Assembly: GCF_964355755.1 (NCBI RefSeq)
Contig: NC_092671.1
Location: forward strand, 19,220,001-19,284,000
Reading direction: 5' to 3'
DNA: 64,000 nucleotides
From: Antedon mediterranea
Taxonomy: Eukaryota > Animalia > Echinodermata
Under the pieces are notes generated by a model. That model searched no databases. It had not been told where the DNA came from and saw nothing but the letters and a program-made list of their open reading frames with translations. Positions 13,010-25,754 of this stretch are shown here, one piece after another. Position numbers and translations under genes: made by a program. The number at the start of each line of letters is the position of its first letter. The stretch's first letter is position 1.

Positions 13010-16000
13010 AACATGGCAAGGGACAAACGCATCCAAAATGCACCGAGCAAATTAATAAAGTTATAGACAAATTAGATTTAATTGATATTTGGAGAGTACA
13101 GAACCTTTAAAAATTATTTACATGGCACTCAAATCACTCCCACCAATATTTTGTAGAATTGACTATTTTCTTATCTCATATTCTTTATGGGCACACGTAA
13201 ACGACACTGCAATTATATCAGGCTTTAAAACTGACCATTCATTAATAACACTTTCAATAAATGGATTGATACAAAAAAGAGGCCCTGGTTTTTGGAAGCT
13301 AAACACTAGTTTATTACAGGATCCCAACTACGTAAAGGATATTATTGAAACAATAAAAACCACCAAGATAGAATGTGCAGAAATTAACCCTAACACTCTT
13401 TGGGAAATGACTAAATGTAACATAAGAAAAACAACAATCAAATTTGCTAGTAAACAAAATAAAATGAAAAAAAAAATAACATAACAAAAACAAATTTTAG
13501 AAGAGCAATTTTGCAATAAAAATGATCAAACACTAAACGAACAAATTCAAATAAAAAAAATGAACTTGAACAACTTTATGAATTTAAAACACGTGGTTCT
13601 ATGATTAGATCAAGAGCCAAATATGTGAAGGAAGGTGAAAAGAATACGAAATACTTCCTAAATTTAGAACGTGAAAATTATTAATTATTAATAATAAATA
13701 ATTAATTAATTAAAAAAACATTAGGCCTACAAAACTTATTACTGAGAACGGTGAAATACTGATCCAAAACTAATATTAAATGAAGAAAAAGTTTTTTACC
13801 AAACACTGTACAAATCTGAAGAAAATAACGACTTACAACACGCCTTTCTTAAACAAATTAAAAATTTAAAAAATAGTGACGAAGATAAAACAAAATGTGA
13901 ACTCCCATAAAAAGATTATTTTGAGGCCCTAAATGAAATGGATAACATTAAAACACCAGGAACCGATGGTCTCCCAGATGAATAAAAGTTTTTGGACTGA
14001 AATTAGCCAAACCCTAAGAAATTAATTCAAATACTCCTTTCAAAAAGGAAGTCTTTCTATTTCACAAAGGCGTGGGGTAATATCATTGATTCCAAAAAAA
14101 GACAAATCGCCAATGTTGTTAAAAAACTGGCGTCCCATCTCATTACTGAACTCCGATTATAAGATCATTTCCAAGACCAATGCGACACGACTAAAGGGAG
14201 TATTACCATCTGTGATTAGCCCTGATCAAACTGGATTCCTTAAGGGACTATACATTGGCGAGAATAAAACTGCTCTTTGACATTATTGAACATGCACAAA
14301 GAAATAATCTTCCGAATCTACTTTTTTTCGTAGATTTTAAAAAAGCATTCGATAAAATAAGATGGGACTTTGTTTACTATGCACAGAACAATTTGGATTT
14401 GAAAATAAATTTATAAATTGGATAAAACTTCTTTATAATGATATTTTTAGTTTTTCTTCTGAATTTTTTAGTCTTAGTCGTGGTTTACGACAAGGATGCT
14501 GTCTATCACCATACTTGTTTATTCTATGTTCGGAAATCCTAGGCAATGCAGTCCGTCAAAGAGAAAAAATAGAAGGTATATCCTATAATAACGTAAACAT
14601 TAAATTAAGTCAATTTGCTGACGACACGATATTCTATATAAACGATTCCAATTTAATAAAGCCCATTATGGACACTTTGGACTTATTTGCTTTATCCTCA
14701 TTACTCTAGTAGCTAGATCAACTTTCGTATGCACTTTGAGGTCCAGAGAATTTGACTTCAGAAATTGGTTTAGAGTGGTCAAACAATCATTTTTGGCTTG
14801 GTTACACATTTTTAAAATGTGGCGAAAGGTCAAAAGGTCAGGGTGAAAGGTCATAAGACCAAACACCAATATGTCCTTAAATCTCAACAACCACTGGTCA
14901 CAGCGAAGTAATTTTGGTCTCAAATTGATCAGAAGGTATACATTTATATTCAGTCTAATGGGACATTTTAGTCAAAAATGACCGGAAATGCCATTTCTGA
15001 CCTTTGACCCACACCTCAGGGCATGTATGTATCTCCGTAACTACTGATCGTAGACACTTAAATTTGGTCTTAAATTGTTTGAAATAAATATTTATTATTT
15101 GTAGCAAATTTTTAAAAATGTTACAAAAGGTCAAAGGGTCAAGGTCAAAGGTTATATGAACAAATAAAAATAGATACTTGTATCTCGGCAACCACTCGTC
15201 GCAGCAAGTCAACTTTAGTCTCAAAATGTTCAGAAGGCATGCTTTCATATTCAATCTAATGGGACATTTTAGTCAAAAATTATCAGAAATGCCATTTCTG
15301 ACCTTTGACCCACATATCATGGCATCTTCATATCTCTGTAAGTACTGGTCGTAGAAACTTAAATTTGGTATCAAATTGTTCGAAATATACATATTTACAT
15401 TCAATGTAATAGAAAATGTGGTTAAAAGATGAACAGAAATACTATTACTAATGTTTCAAACAAAAAACATATCTCTACATAACTTATCCTTAGACAGTAA
15501 TGTTATGCAATAACTGATACTTTAAATTGTTTCAATTTCAAGTACTAGTTATTGCTGTCCCCAAGAACATTTTGATAGAAACGTCAAGCTCAACAGTTCT
15601 TTTCAGAATGCTAGAAGTAACTTGCCATGTGTATCCGATTAAACTCCCCGGGCATTTATTGTTCAAAGGGTTTTTAGGGGCAGGGGAGGCATCTTTATTT
15701 GTGGTATAATATGGTAATATGTATAATCAAATAAATACCATCTAGATGTAAAAAAAAATACAGCACAATTAATATCAAAAAGTGAAAAAAATGCTTGGTA
15801 AATTGTAGGTTATGGTAGTTAATGTAATGTGTTGTGATACAATTATTGTGTAAATGCATGTGGCGGGCGTATTCCACATGGTGTTCTATTAGAGGGAATG
15901 GTGGCGTTTATTTGAGAGAGGCTTTTATTCAAAGCGGGTGTTAATTCGAATAAATACTCTAATTTTAATAATTATAATTCGTTTCTCAGCTGATAAAAGG

Positions 16001-19000
16001 TACTTTACATGATTCGTTTTCTTCTTTATGCTTTTTAACGAAATGTTTCTGTCTTTTAGAATAAAAGTGACACTGTCATAGATAACATTAAATGAATCTT
16101 CTCTTCCAGGTGCCAGTATAATGATATAAAACAATGACATATCATTATCTTGACACAATTGCACTCATAATGGATCTTCATTCTATCATCTGTTTGTTTG
16201 TGACTACAATTTGACAACAATCTTTTGCATATTTTTAAATGCCAATACATAGCTTCATTACTATTGTACAATATGTCCAGCTTTCCTGAAAACACCCTTG
16301 TGTACTGTAGTACAGTGTTGTAGTATGATTTTATCATGATAACTTCTGATGCTTTTATTGTCAATGAATTCAGTACCTAAAACATGTCAAAGTTTCTAGT
16401 GGTATTGATAATAAATCTCCAGAAACATATATTGTTTTATTATCTACACTGGGAACAGACGTGTATAATATACACCGACAAAACTTATACATATTATGTA
16501 TAAGTTTTGTCGGTAACATTCAAAAATATTATGCAACAGTGTTACGGAATAATGACAATGAATTGGTCTATTATAGTTGTCTCTGATACCTTTTATTACA
16601 TGATTGTACTTGCAACAGGATAGAATGAGGTTTAATCCAGTTATTATTCTTATTATATTAATTTTTTTATTTTTTATCTGGGGTGTATTTATTTGATTAT
16701 ACATGTTACCATTATTACACCCAAACAAAATAAACGCCTTCCCTGAATAACTAAATGCCCGGGGACCTTTTATTCGGGTAACTATAGTAAGTTACTTCTA
16801 GCATTCTTAACTGTTGAGCTCGAGTATTTATTCGAATTAACACCCGCTTTGAATAAAAGCCTCTATTCCCTCCAATAGAACATCATGTGGAATAAACGCT
16901 CCGCCACATGCATTTACAAAATAATTGTATCACAACACATTTCATTAATTACCATAATCTACAATTTATCAAGCATTTTGACATAATGTTATCATTTTTT
17001 TATATTAATTTTACTGTATTTTTTTACATCTAGGTGGTATTTATTTGATTATACATGTTACCATATTATACCCCAAATAAAGATGCCTCCCCTCCCCCTA
17101 AAAACCCTTTTGAACAATAAATGCCCGGGGCGTTTAATCGGATACACATGGCAAGTTACTTCTAGCATTCTGAAAAGAACTGTTGAGCTTGACGTTTATA
17201 TCAAAATGTTCTCGTGGACAGCAATAACTAGTAGGCCTACTTGAAATTGAAACAATTTAAAGTATCATATTGCATAACATTACTGTCTAAAGATAAGTTG
17301 TGTAGAGATATGTTTTTTGTTTGAAACATTAGTAATAGTATTTTCTTTTCATCTTTTAACCACATTTTCTATTACAGTGAATGTAAATATGTATATTTCA
17401 AACAATTTGATACCAAATTTAAGTTTCTACGACCAGTACTTACAGAGATATGAAGATGCCCTGGTATGTGGGTCAAAGGTCAGAAATGGCATTTCTGATC
17501 ATTTTTTACTAAAATGCCCCATTAGACGGAATATAAATGCATGCCTTCTGAACATTTTGAGACCAAAATTGACTTGCTGCGACCAGTGGTTGCCGAGATA
17601 CAAGTTCCTTTATTTATTTGTTTATATAACCCTTGACCCTGACCCTTTGACCTTTTGTAACATTTTTCAAAATGTTTTTCAAATAACAAAATATATATTT
17701 CGAACAATTTAAAACCAAATTCAAGTGTCTACCACCAGTAGTTACGGAGATAAATACATGCCCTGGGTTGTGGGTCAAAGGTCAGAAATGGCATTTCCGG
17801 TCATTTTAAACTAAAATGTCCAATTAGACTGAATATAAATGTATACCTTCTGATCAATTTGAGACCAAAATTACTTCGCTGTGACCAGTGGTTGTTCAGA
17901 TTTAAGGACATATTGGTGTTTGGTCTTATGACCTTTCACCCTGACCTTTTGACCTTTCGCCACATTTTCAAAATGTGTAACCAAGCCAAAAATGATTGTT
18001 TGACCACCCTAAACCAATTTCTGAAGTCAAATTCTCTGGACCTCAAAGTGCATACGAAAGTTGATCTAGCTACTAGAGTTCATGGCTTAAGATAAATTAT
18101 GAAAAAAGTAATATTATAAGATTGGGCTCATTAAGAAATTCGGATTTTAAAATTCCCACTAAACAAAACATAATATGAACTAACGAACCCCAAATCTAAA
18201 GATACAATACTAAACATGTGGAGGCAAAGATCCCTAACCTTATTTGGATAAATAATAAAAACACTGGTTCTGCCAATATAACTTTTCAAACTTACCGGAC
18301 CCACCAAATCACTTCTTCAATAATATACAAAGTAAGATGTTTAAATTTTTATGGAAAACCTGATAAGATAAAGAGGAAAATCATGAGCAACGAACTAGAA
18401 AAGAGAGGGTTGAAAATGCCACATGTTCAAAGTTACTGTCAAGCTCTAAAAGAATGTTGGGTTAAAAGATATTTAGGAAAAAACGATGGTAAATGGAAAC
18501 TTTTTTTTCAAAGCGACCTACATAAATTTGGAAACGACTTTATTTTTTATTGTAACTTCTCAAAATCCTCCGCGATGCTTAAACAGTTCAATGGTTTTAA
18601 TAAAGACTTTCTATTAGCTTGGAGCGAGTATAGTTTCAAAGAACCGAGCTCTGTTAAAGAAATCTTATCACAATCCTTATGGAATAATTCTTGTTTTGAA
18701 ATCAAGGAATTCAGTATAAATAAGGTTTGGTGGGACAAAAATATAAAATACATTAAATATATTTTGACTCATAGCAACCGAATTCTTAACTTAGAAGAAT
18801 TCGAAGAACGATTCAATTTTAAACCAAATTTGTTACTTTACAATCAAATTGTACACTCGATTCCAAGGCACTGAAGCTAATAATATTTGAGAATACTGAT
18901 ACAAACCCATCAAATTTAATAATCGAAAATTCTAAAATAAATAATTTCATGAAAACAAAAAGAAGCTGTAAACACTTTCGTTCTCATTTCGTGCCCGATA

Positions 19001-19500
19001 GAATCGAGTCCAGATGGGAAAATTAACTTGATAATACACAATTAAATGGGATATGATATTCATAACTTTGCACAATCAATACGAAACTTAAAAACTTTCA
19101 AAATAAATTTATTCACCGTATCATTTATACTAACTCTTTTCTACATAAGATATCAATTGTTGAATCACCAATTTGTGAATTTTGTTTAGAAAAAGAACAA
19201 ACTTTGATACACATGTTCGTGGAATGCAAAGTGGTATCATGTGGAGGAAAATACAAGTTATTATTGAACAACAGTTAAAAAAAGAGTGACTTTAGATAAA
19301 GAAAGGAGGATATGTTTTGGTATTGAAAATCATAGAAATATTCATGCAATTAATAACTTAATACTGATTGCAAAATTGTATATTTATAACTGCAACGTTA
19401 ACGAACAAAAACCTCACATAAATCACTTCAAATCTGTATATAAGAGGTATAAAGAAATTGAAAAGTACATTGTTTTTAAAAATAGCTAGACTTTTATTTC
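13010..19500 (+). mobile_element. Decayed L1/Tx1-clade LINE ORF2, interrupted at 14702-18080
   Basis: Endonuclease end (CRIDYFLIS, TDHS, RGPGFWKLN), RT motifs (LKNWRPISLLNSDYKI, RGLRQGCCLSPYLF, QFADD) and a C-terminal cysteine motif (CEFC..E.TLIHMFVEC near 19170-19230); many stops and frameshifts; boundaries approximate. Confidence 0.88.
14702..18080. mobile_element. Foldback non-autonomous DNA transposon with ~1.26-kb inverted arms (possibly Academ-related)
   Basis: Arms 14703-15959 and 16822-18079 are reverse complements (ACTCTAGTAGCTAGATC...GATCTAGCTACTAGAGT); CAT/TCAT duplicated on both flanks; the LINE frame FALSS|WLKINYEKS is restored when the insert is removed. Confidence 0.88.
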
Positions 19501-20599
19501 GTATCATTCTTTTTTTTTTGTTTAAATGAAATCTGTTTTGATACTTATGTATAAAAATAGCCATATATATATATATATATGTTTTGTAACTTGAAAAGGT
19601 TACTTTATTATTATTTTGTATTACTTTGTAATGTAACCAAGTTAAGTAATGCATACTGTTTTATGAAATATAAAAGATTAGTAAGCTAATAAAAGCCCAA
19701 TTTGGTACTAATCGATATCCGCAATTTTAAGAAGTTTAAATTTATAGAAGCATTCAGTCATTGAATAATTAAACCTAGACCATGTTATAGCTCGTAATGC
19801 CCTTTTCTTGAGTTTAAATAACTCGGATAATAATAATAATAGATAACTTTGAAATGTAGGCCTACTACACCATAGGCCTATTATGTTGCAATAACTTAAT
19901 ACTGGTTCAATGAGTGATTTGTATATTGTCCAGAGAGCTTTGGTTGGTAAAAAATGTCTTACTTTATATAGTATGCCTACATATCGAGATATTTTTCAAG
20001 CAGTAACATTTATGTGATTCTTATGTGAGAAATTCATCAATATATTATACTCCAAGGAATTTAGTCGATTGTGCCGTAAAACCTAGCATTCAATATAGAA
20101 ATTAGTATCCTATTTAAATTAAGCTTGTCGATAAAAAAAATGGTGTACCAAAGAATTTAGATGAAAAGAAACACAATGAAATCAGAATTCTGGATTTAAT
20201 TAATTGTCAATTTCATCTATAAAAAGTTGTCTTTAAATAGTTTAATGTTTCAGTGAAAATTTGTGATGTTTACAAATTCAATTAAACTTTTAAGTAACGT
20301 GTAAAATGCAATTCATACGTCAAAAAACGCATCGAAAAAATATTTAAAAAAACACCCCTAAGAAGGCCATAGACGTAACGTGACGGGGTCTCACCTGATC
20401 AGTCTCATTATTGTACAACTTCCAAGGTACTTCCATTTAGGTTCACCAAGTGTTTTTTTCGCAGTCAGTCCTACTCCGAGAAGATTATATTAGTGGACAT
20501 AAAAGAATTTTACTCATTTGACGTATTTGATTACGGACATTAAACGCTAGTCAAAAATATTACAGTACAGGTACGTACCGGCAAGGATCGTTACCGCTA

Positions 20600-23500
20600 T
20601 ATTATTATTTTTCTTTATTCTGATATAAAAAATCAAATAGGATAAATACACAAAAAAGTACCGAGACGGCAAACTTATTTCCATTGTGGTCCTAAACAAA
20701 TATAACAGAATAAACAAGGAAAACCACAATTACTTAAACATAATACACAAACAAATAGCAAATTAAATTTCTCTTAATCTAAGAATTTCACAAAAATAAC
20801 CTTTTGATCTCTGTTTAAATAATTGTAATGAAGAGGAGCTTTGAACAAAATAGGGGAGTGAATTCCATAACTGAATGCTTGTTATTAAGAAAGTTGACCT
20901 GTTGTGAGTTCCTATGACTGGAATTTGGATCGAAATGCTGTCTCTAGCAAATCTTGTATTGTGATTGTGACGTTGTCTCGTCAGGGTAATTGTATCCAGG
21001 TAAGATGGAGCACTTTTATTAATTATTTTATACATAATACATAGTTTCCTCTCTTGTACTCTTAGGTCAACTGGCAACCAATTTAAGTTTACAAACTCAT
21101 GTATACCTATATGAGATCGTGGTCCTAGGTTCGAAATGCACCTAATAATTTTGTTTTGAGACGTCTGTAGCCTATTTTTAATATATTTATTTGTACACGA
21201 GTACCATACACAGCACCCATAGTCATAATGACATTGTGTCAGAGAAGATGCAATTAATTTAAGAGCATATTTAGTAATATATTTTTTATTTCTATTAAGA
21301 AATTTAAGTATACAATGAATTTTATTGATTACTTTCATACCTGTAGCTGTACCAGTCAGGTTCTGGTCAAGATCAATTCCAAGGTATGTGATTGAAGATT
21401 TAGCAGTTATGTTTTTATTATTACAGGTAATTTTCATTTCTGACTGTTTTCTACACATGGTTTTTGTACCAAATAAAATTGACTCCGTCTTACCAAAATG
21501 AAGGGATAATCTATTGTCAGAAAGCCACAGATTCAACGCTTGCAATTCATTACTTAGTCTGTTTTCAATATACTCTCGGTCTTTATTTGTGACCAAAAGG
21601 GCTGCATCGTCTGCATATAGCAACAACTCACAACCAACGGCCGATTCCATGTCGTTGACATATAGCAAAAATAGTAAGGGACCCAGAATAGATCCCTGGG
21701 GTACTCCACATTTGACGTCAAGAAATGTTGATTTAGTACCTTTTATGTCAACAACCTGGGATCTACCGTGGAGGTATGATTGCATCCATGACAGAGATAG
21801 ACTAGTAAAACCCATGGCCTTTAATTTATACAATAATATGTCGTGGTCTACTGTGTCGAACGCCTTTTGAAGGTCAATTATTATCATACCAGTCATTTTC
21901 CCTTTATCCCATCCATTTCTAACCGAATCCGATAGATGTATTAGACATGTTTCTGTAGAAAATGAAGGTCTAAAACCTGATTGATAGGTATAAAGAAGTG
22001 ATTGGTCGTTTAGGTAACTCATTAATTGATTATACATAATACGTTCTACAATTTTAGACACTGCAGATAGAATAGAAACGGGTCTATAGTTTCCAGCATA
22101 TAATCGATCTTTCTTTTTGTAAATAGGCACTACCTTAGCAGATTTCCAATCAGAAGGGATATAACCGGTTGAAATGGATATATTTATAATATGGCTCAGT
22201 GGATGTAAGATAGCCAGAGCCCCATCTTTGAAAAATCTGGCAGGCAAGGAATCTAAACCCGCACCTTTCTTACTATTTAAGTTGTTTATTATCGTTAGTA
22301 CGGTTTGTTCATTTACTTCTTTAAAGGCAAATACATCTTTTTTATCTGCATAGTAATGTTTAACGTGGTTTTCATTGTAAGTATTAGATGAAGGAGGGAG
22401 TTTGTTGACTAAATTTTCAGGAGTATTAATGAAAAAGGAATTTAAATAGTCAGCAATCGAGCTTTTGTCATAAATTATTTTATCTTCACATTTTAGAGCA
22501 ATGTTTTCAGATTTATTTTCTGTTCCGGTACCTAAACTTGTTAAAACATTCCATAATTTGTTGGGGTTATTTTTATTTTCATTTAGTTTGTCCGAAAAAT
22601 AAGATGACTTAGCTCTTTTTATTTTATATTTTACAGAATTTCTTAACTTTTTAAAGACAGTAAATATGTGCTCATTACGAGTTCTCTTAAATTTAGCTAA
22701 GCATTTATCACGTTTAATGATCAGATCTCTAATTTCTGATGTGAACCAGGGTTTGGAACGTTGTTTAATTCTTATTTCTTTTAAAGGAGCAACTTGGTTG
22801 ATGGCATTCATCATTTTTAGTTTGAACCAGTCCCATGCAGTGCAGACATTTGTGCAATTTGTGATATCGGACCAATCTAATTCATTTAATTTAGAAGTAA
22901 GTAGTTCTGATGAGTATGATTTCATAGATCGTATTTTAATCGTCTTATGCCTCTTAATCGGGATTTTAACTATCTTTCTGGTGCAGTAAGTTATAAAATG
23001 ATCACTGACACCGTAAGGGATAACTCCGTATTGGAAAATGTTAAGAGGTTCGGATGAGAAAATAAGATCTATGATGGTAGAGGTAGTGCAAGTAATACGT
23101 GTTGGGTCCTTAATAAGTTGGGTGAGATTAAACATATTACAAAATTGGGACACCCATTTATTTTTACTTAAATTATTAGATGATACATCTACATTAAAGT
23201 CACCTAAAATAATAACTTCTTGACCTTGTAAAATATCTCCACAGATTGTCTCAAGTGAGGTAAAAAACGATCGCTGCTTTTCAGGTCGGTAACAGGTTCC
23301 GATTAGAATAGGTTTGGTTTTAGGTAATAGTATATTTATCCATAAAGATTCAATATCATCGTTTTGGAGATCATCTCTCACGTTGTAGGTAAGATCATTT
23401 CGTATATAGAGGCATACGCCTCCTCCAACACTATTCGTACATCTATCTTTTCTTTCAATTGAATAATTTTCGATACTTATTTCACTGTTATTTACAGATT

Positions 23501-24320
23501 TATCCAGCCAGGACTCACTAATTGCTATTAAGGATACATCAGTCTTTTTTGCAATAGACCGAATTTCATCGATTTTTGGAAGAAGGCTTCTGATGTTCAG
23601 GTGTAAACAATGGAGACCTTTGCATCTGAAGATTTCAGATAGCAATGTATCGGGGTCATCACACGAATCGTTTGTAAGAGTTGATGTATCGATATCGCGG
23701 TGGTCATTTGAAGTATCGTTAACATCAGCGTTGCTAAACGGCAGGTTTCTAAATACACATTCTTGGCATTCATATGCAAATTCTTCCCCTGAATGACATA
23801 GATCAGTATACTTCTTTAACGGGAAGTTTATGCAATTTATGTGCGACCAACGATCACAATTATCACACGATATAGCTCGACTGGTTTTGATTATTCCTTT
23901 TGAACAAACTATACATGGGCACTTAGGTTTTCTTGCTCCGGTAGGCCCCGGGCATGGATGGACATCGCCAGCTAGCATAAGACCAAAAAACAGAATAAAG
24001 CTGTCGGCTTTCGTTCTAGTTGTTTTTATTTTTTGCTTTGGTGTTCGGTTATTGACAGGTGTAAATAATTTAGATACAAATATGCTGTATAACTTACTTT
24101 GACCGTGTTTAAAAGACTTGTTTGGTATACATTTTGTAATAAATGTATTGTAGTTAACATCTCGATGTATGTGTATTTCCGATGAGCTCAGATCGATAAA
24201 AATCCGAATTGATAATGTTGCACCGATGACAAACAGGTACAATAGTAAGTTGTTGGCCATTATGATGCTAGGTCACGGCCGCTCGAGAGTTAGGCTTGAG
24301 GAGTGGTATTACAAAGAGTA
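20600..24320 (-). mobile_element. CR1/L2-group non-LTR retrotransposon, apparently full length with a single ORF
   Basis: Intact ORF, ~160-nt 3' UTR ending in AATAAA plus an (AAT)n-like tail near 20600; 5' limit defined by shared homology with the copy at 55113-56382. Confidence 0.9.
20763..24260 (-). CDS. LINE polyprotein (1165 aa): hydrophobic leader, 2A-like motif, PHD finger, APE endonuclease, reverse transcriptase
   Basis: GDVHPCPGP; CIVC...CDNC..WSH..C...CQEC; HLNIRSL, ISESWL, GDFN, SDH; NYRPVSIL, DLQKAFDTVDH, GVPQGSILGP, YADD. Confidence 0.93.
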   Translation of the reverse strand: MANNLLLYLFVIGATLSIRIFIDLSSSEIHIHRDVNYNTFITKCIPNKSFKHGQSKLYSIFVSKLFTPVNNRTPKQKIKTTRTKADSFILFFGLMLAGDVHPCPGPTGARKPKCPCIVCSKGIIKTSRAISCDNCDRWSHINCINFPLKKYTDLCHSGEEFAYECQECVFRNLPFSNADVNDTSNDHRDIDTSTLTNDSCDDPDTLLSEIFRCKGLHCLHLNIRSLLPKIDEIRSIAKKTDVSLIAISESWLDKSVNNSEISIENYSIERKDRCTNSVGGGVCLYIRNDLTYNVRDDLQNDDIESLWINILLPKTKPILIGTCYRPEKQRSFFTSLETICGDILQGQEVIILGDFNVDVSSNNLSKNKWVSQFCNMFNLTQLIKDPTRITCTTSTIIDLIFSSEPLNIFQYGVIPYGVSDHFITYCTRKIVKIPIKRHKTIKIRSMKSYSSELLTSKLNELDWSDITNCTNVCTAWDWFKLKMMNAINQVAPLKEIRIKQRSKPWFTSEIRDLIIKRDKCLAKFKRTRNEHIFTVFKKLRNSVKYKIKRAKSSYFSDKLNENKNNPNKLWNVLTSLGTGTENKSENIALKCEDKIIYDKSSIADYLNSFFINTPENLVNKLPPSSNTYNENHVKHYYADKKDVFAFKEVNEQTVLTIINNLNSKKGAGLDSLPARFFKDGALAILHPLSHIINISISTGYIPSDWKSAKVVPIYKKKDRLYAGNYRPVSILSAVSKIVERIMYNQLMSYLNDQSLLYTYQSGFRPSFSTETCLIHLSDSVRNGWDKGKMTGMIIIDLQKAFDTVDHDILLYKLKAMGFTSLSLSWMQSYLHGRSQVVDIKGTKSTFLDVKCGVPQGSILGPLLFLLYVNDMESAVGCELLLYADDAALLVTNKDREYIENRLSNELQALNLWLSDNRLSLHFGKTESILFGTKTMCRKQSEMKITCNNKNITAKSSITYLGIDLDQNLTGTATGMKVINKIHCILKFLNRNKKYITKYALKLIASSLTQCHYDYGCCVWYSCTNKYIKNRLQTSQNKIIRCISNLGPRSHIGIHEFVNLNWLPVDLRVQERKLCIMYKIINKSAPSYLDTITLTRQRHNHNTRFARDSISIQIPVIGTHNRSTFLITSIQLWNSLPYFVQSSSSLQLFKQRSKGYFCEILRLREI

Positions 24321-24892
24321 ATAGTAAGATGGCATTTTCCAGGGTCTATTATTAAACATTCCACCTTGACAACATCCTGGATGGATCACCCTCATTAAAT
24401 ATGGTTAAAATAAAAATAAAATAAACAACGTGTTTTATTGGTCTACGGTCAAATCAGCGCTATTAAAAAAATCTAAAAATTTAAGAGTGTAATAAATGGA
24501 CTTCCTCATAACTCTAAACTAACCACGATAGAGTCCTCCGTACCTACCACAAATCCCGCCTCCTTTCCACGACCCATCCTTAATTTTCTTGGACTAATCC
24601 ACATACAGCTCATGCACACTTGTGCACAAACATGTCCCCAGATCAGATTTTGAATATGCCATTTTTACTTATAATAAAGCTAATGACTTCCGCAAAAACT
24701 TCACTTACAAACATCAAAATGACATATTCAACAACAAAAATTTAATTAATTTAATTTCAGGGGGACAATTATATCTGGTGCTTTATGTAGCCTAAATGTT
24801 ATTAATTTGCAATGGCAGTATTTACATGTCTGTGGATACAATCTAAAAGCTAACGAGGCAATTGTGGTCTGAATTGGAGAGTTCTTTATTAT

Positions 24893-25046
24893 TTAGAGAT
24901 CAGAGTGAGAGCTATTGTTTCTAGATATCCAGCATTGACGTTTTCCAAATCCACAGCGTTCACAGAGGTCACTTCGATGTGGTGGTTTGCCTTTAGGTTT
25001 GATAGCAACAGATCCGTTTAACGTTCCTTTTACAAGTTTAAAATAT
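24893..25046 (-). CDS. 3CxxC protein last exon (absent from the ORF track)
   Basis: Acceptor TTGTAG at 25047-25048, phase 2; reads YFKLVKGTLNGSVAIKPKGKPPHRSDLCERCGFGKRQCWISRNNSSHSDL*, which completes the H..LCxxC end of the domain. Confidence 0.8.
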
Positions 25047-25476
25047 CTACAATCAGAAAAAAATGATTATCACGGCATATGTGAGGTCCTAATAATATAG
25101 ATTGTCCGTACGGTAATATTACATTTCTAAATTTTCAATTACAGTATTATTCCAATTGAAGTTGTAGGCCTATAGTATAAGAAGCTAATCCTGAGTTTTT
25201 TAGTACTTCAGAAATACCTTCTGAGGGAGAAGCAGTATAATCAATTTAAAAACACAGAACATAAACTGTTAAATTGGTAATAACAGTCTACAAAACTGTT
25301 TAAATCATCAAAACATAATATAATAAAATATATAAAGACTTAACACTGTCACAAATTCCATGATCAAAGTATTGTTTAATGTAATAAAAATGTCAACTTA
25401 TATGTATCTTAAGTATCTAAAAATTTGCTTAGTCCTTCACTAAAATGTTCACTTTGGAAGAATTACTCCAACCTAC

Positions 25477-25754
25477 CTGCGAATTCCGTATTCAACCATG
25501 TCTTCTAAAACATTCTGGTGAAACCAGGGTGATTCAATTTTCTTACATCTATCACACTTCTGTCGCCATCTTCTTGCTATTCGTTGCTGTTGAAGATCCA
25601 AAGTTAAACAAGAATGATAGCTGCTCCATGAGTGCCCACATCTTCTGCATTGATAGGTACCGTGATCATGAACAGATTGAATTTTGTACTTTTTCTGAAC
25701 ATCTTGTCTATCTAGCCCCTCTTCTTTCATACATTCTCGAATTATTCTCGCCAT
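25477..25754 (-). CDS. 3CxxC zinc-binding domain protein (RTP/ZAR1-type), first recognisable coding exon; 5' end uncertain
   Basis: GTYQCRRCGHSWSS...WRQKCDRCKKIESPWF; donor AG|GTAGG after 25477; acceptor at 25779-25780. Confidence 0.75.

Noticed and set aside
14666-18095. Paired near-identical short ORFs on opposite strands (MRPKLLRCDQW...)
   Set aside because: They simply reflect the inverted arms of the foldback element; no protein motif.
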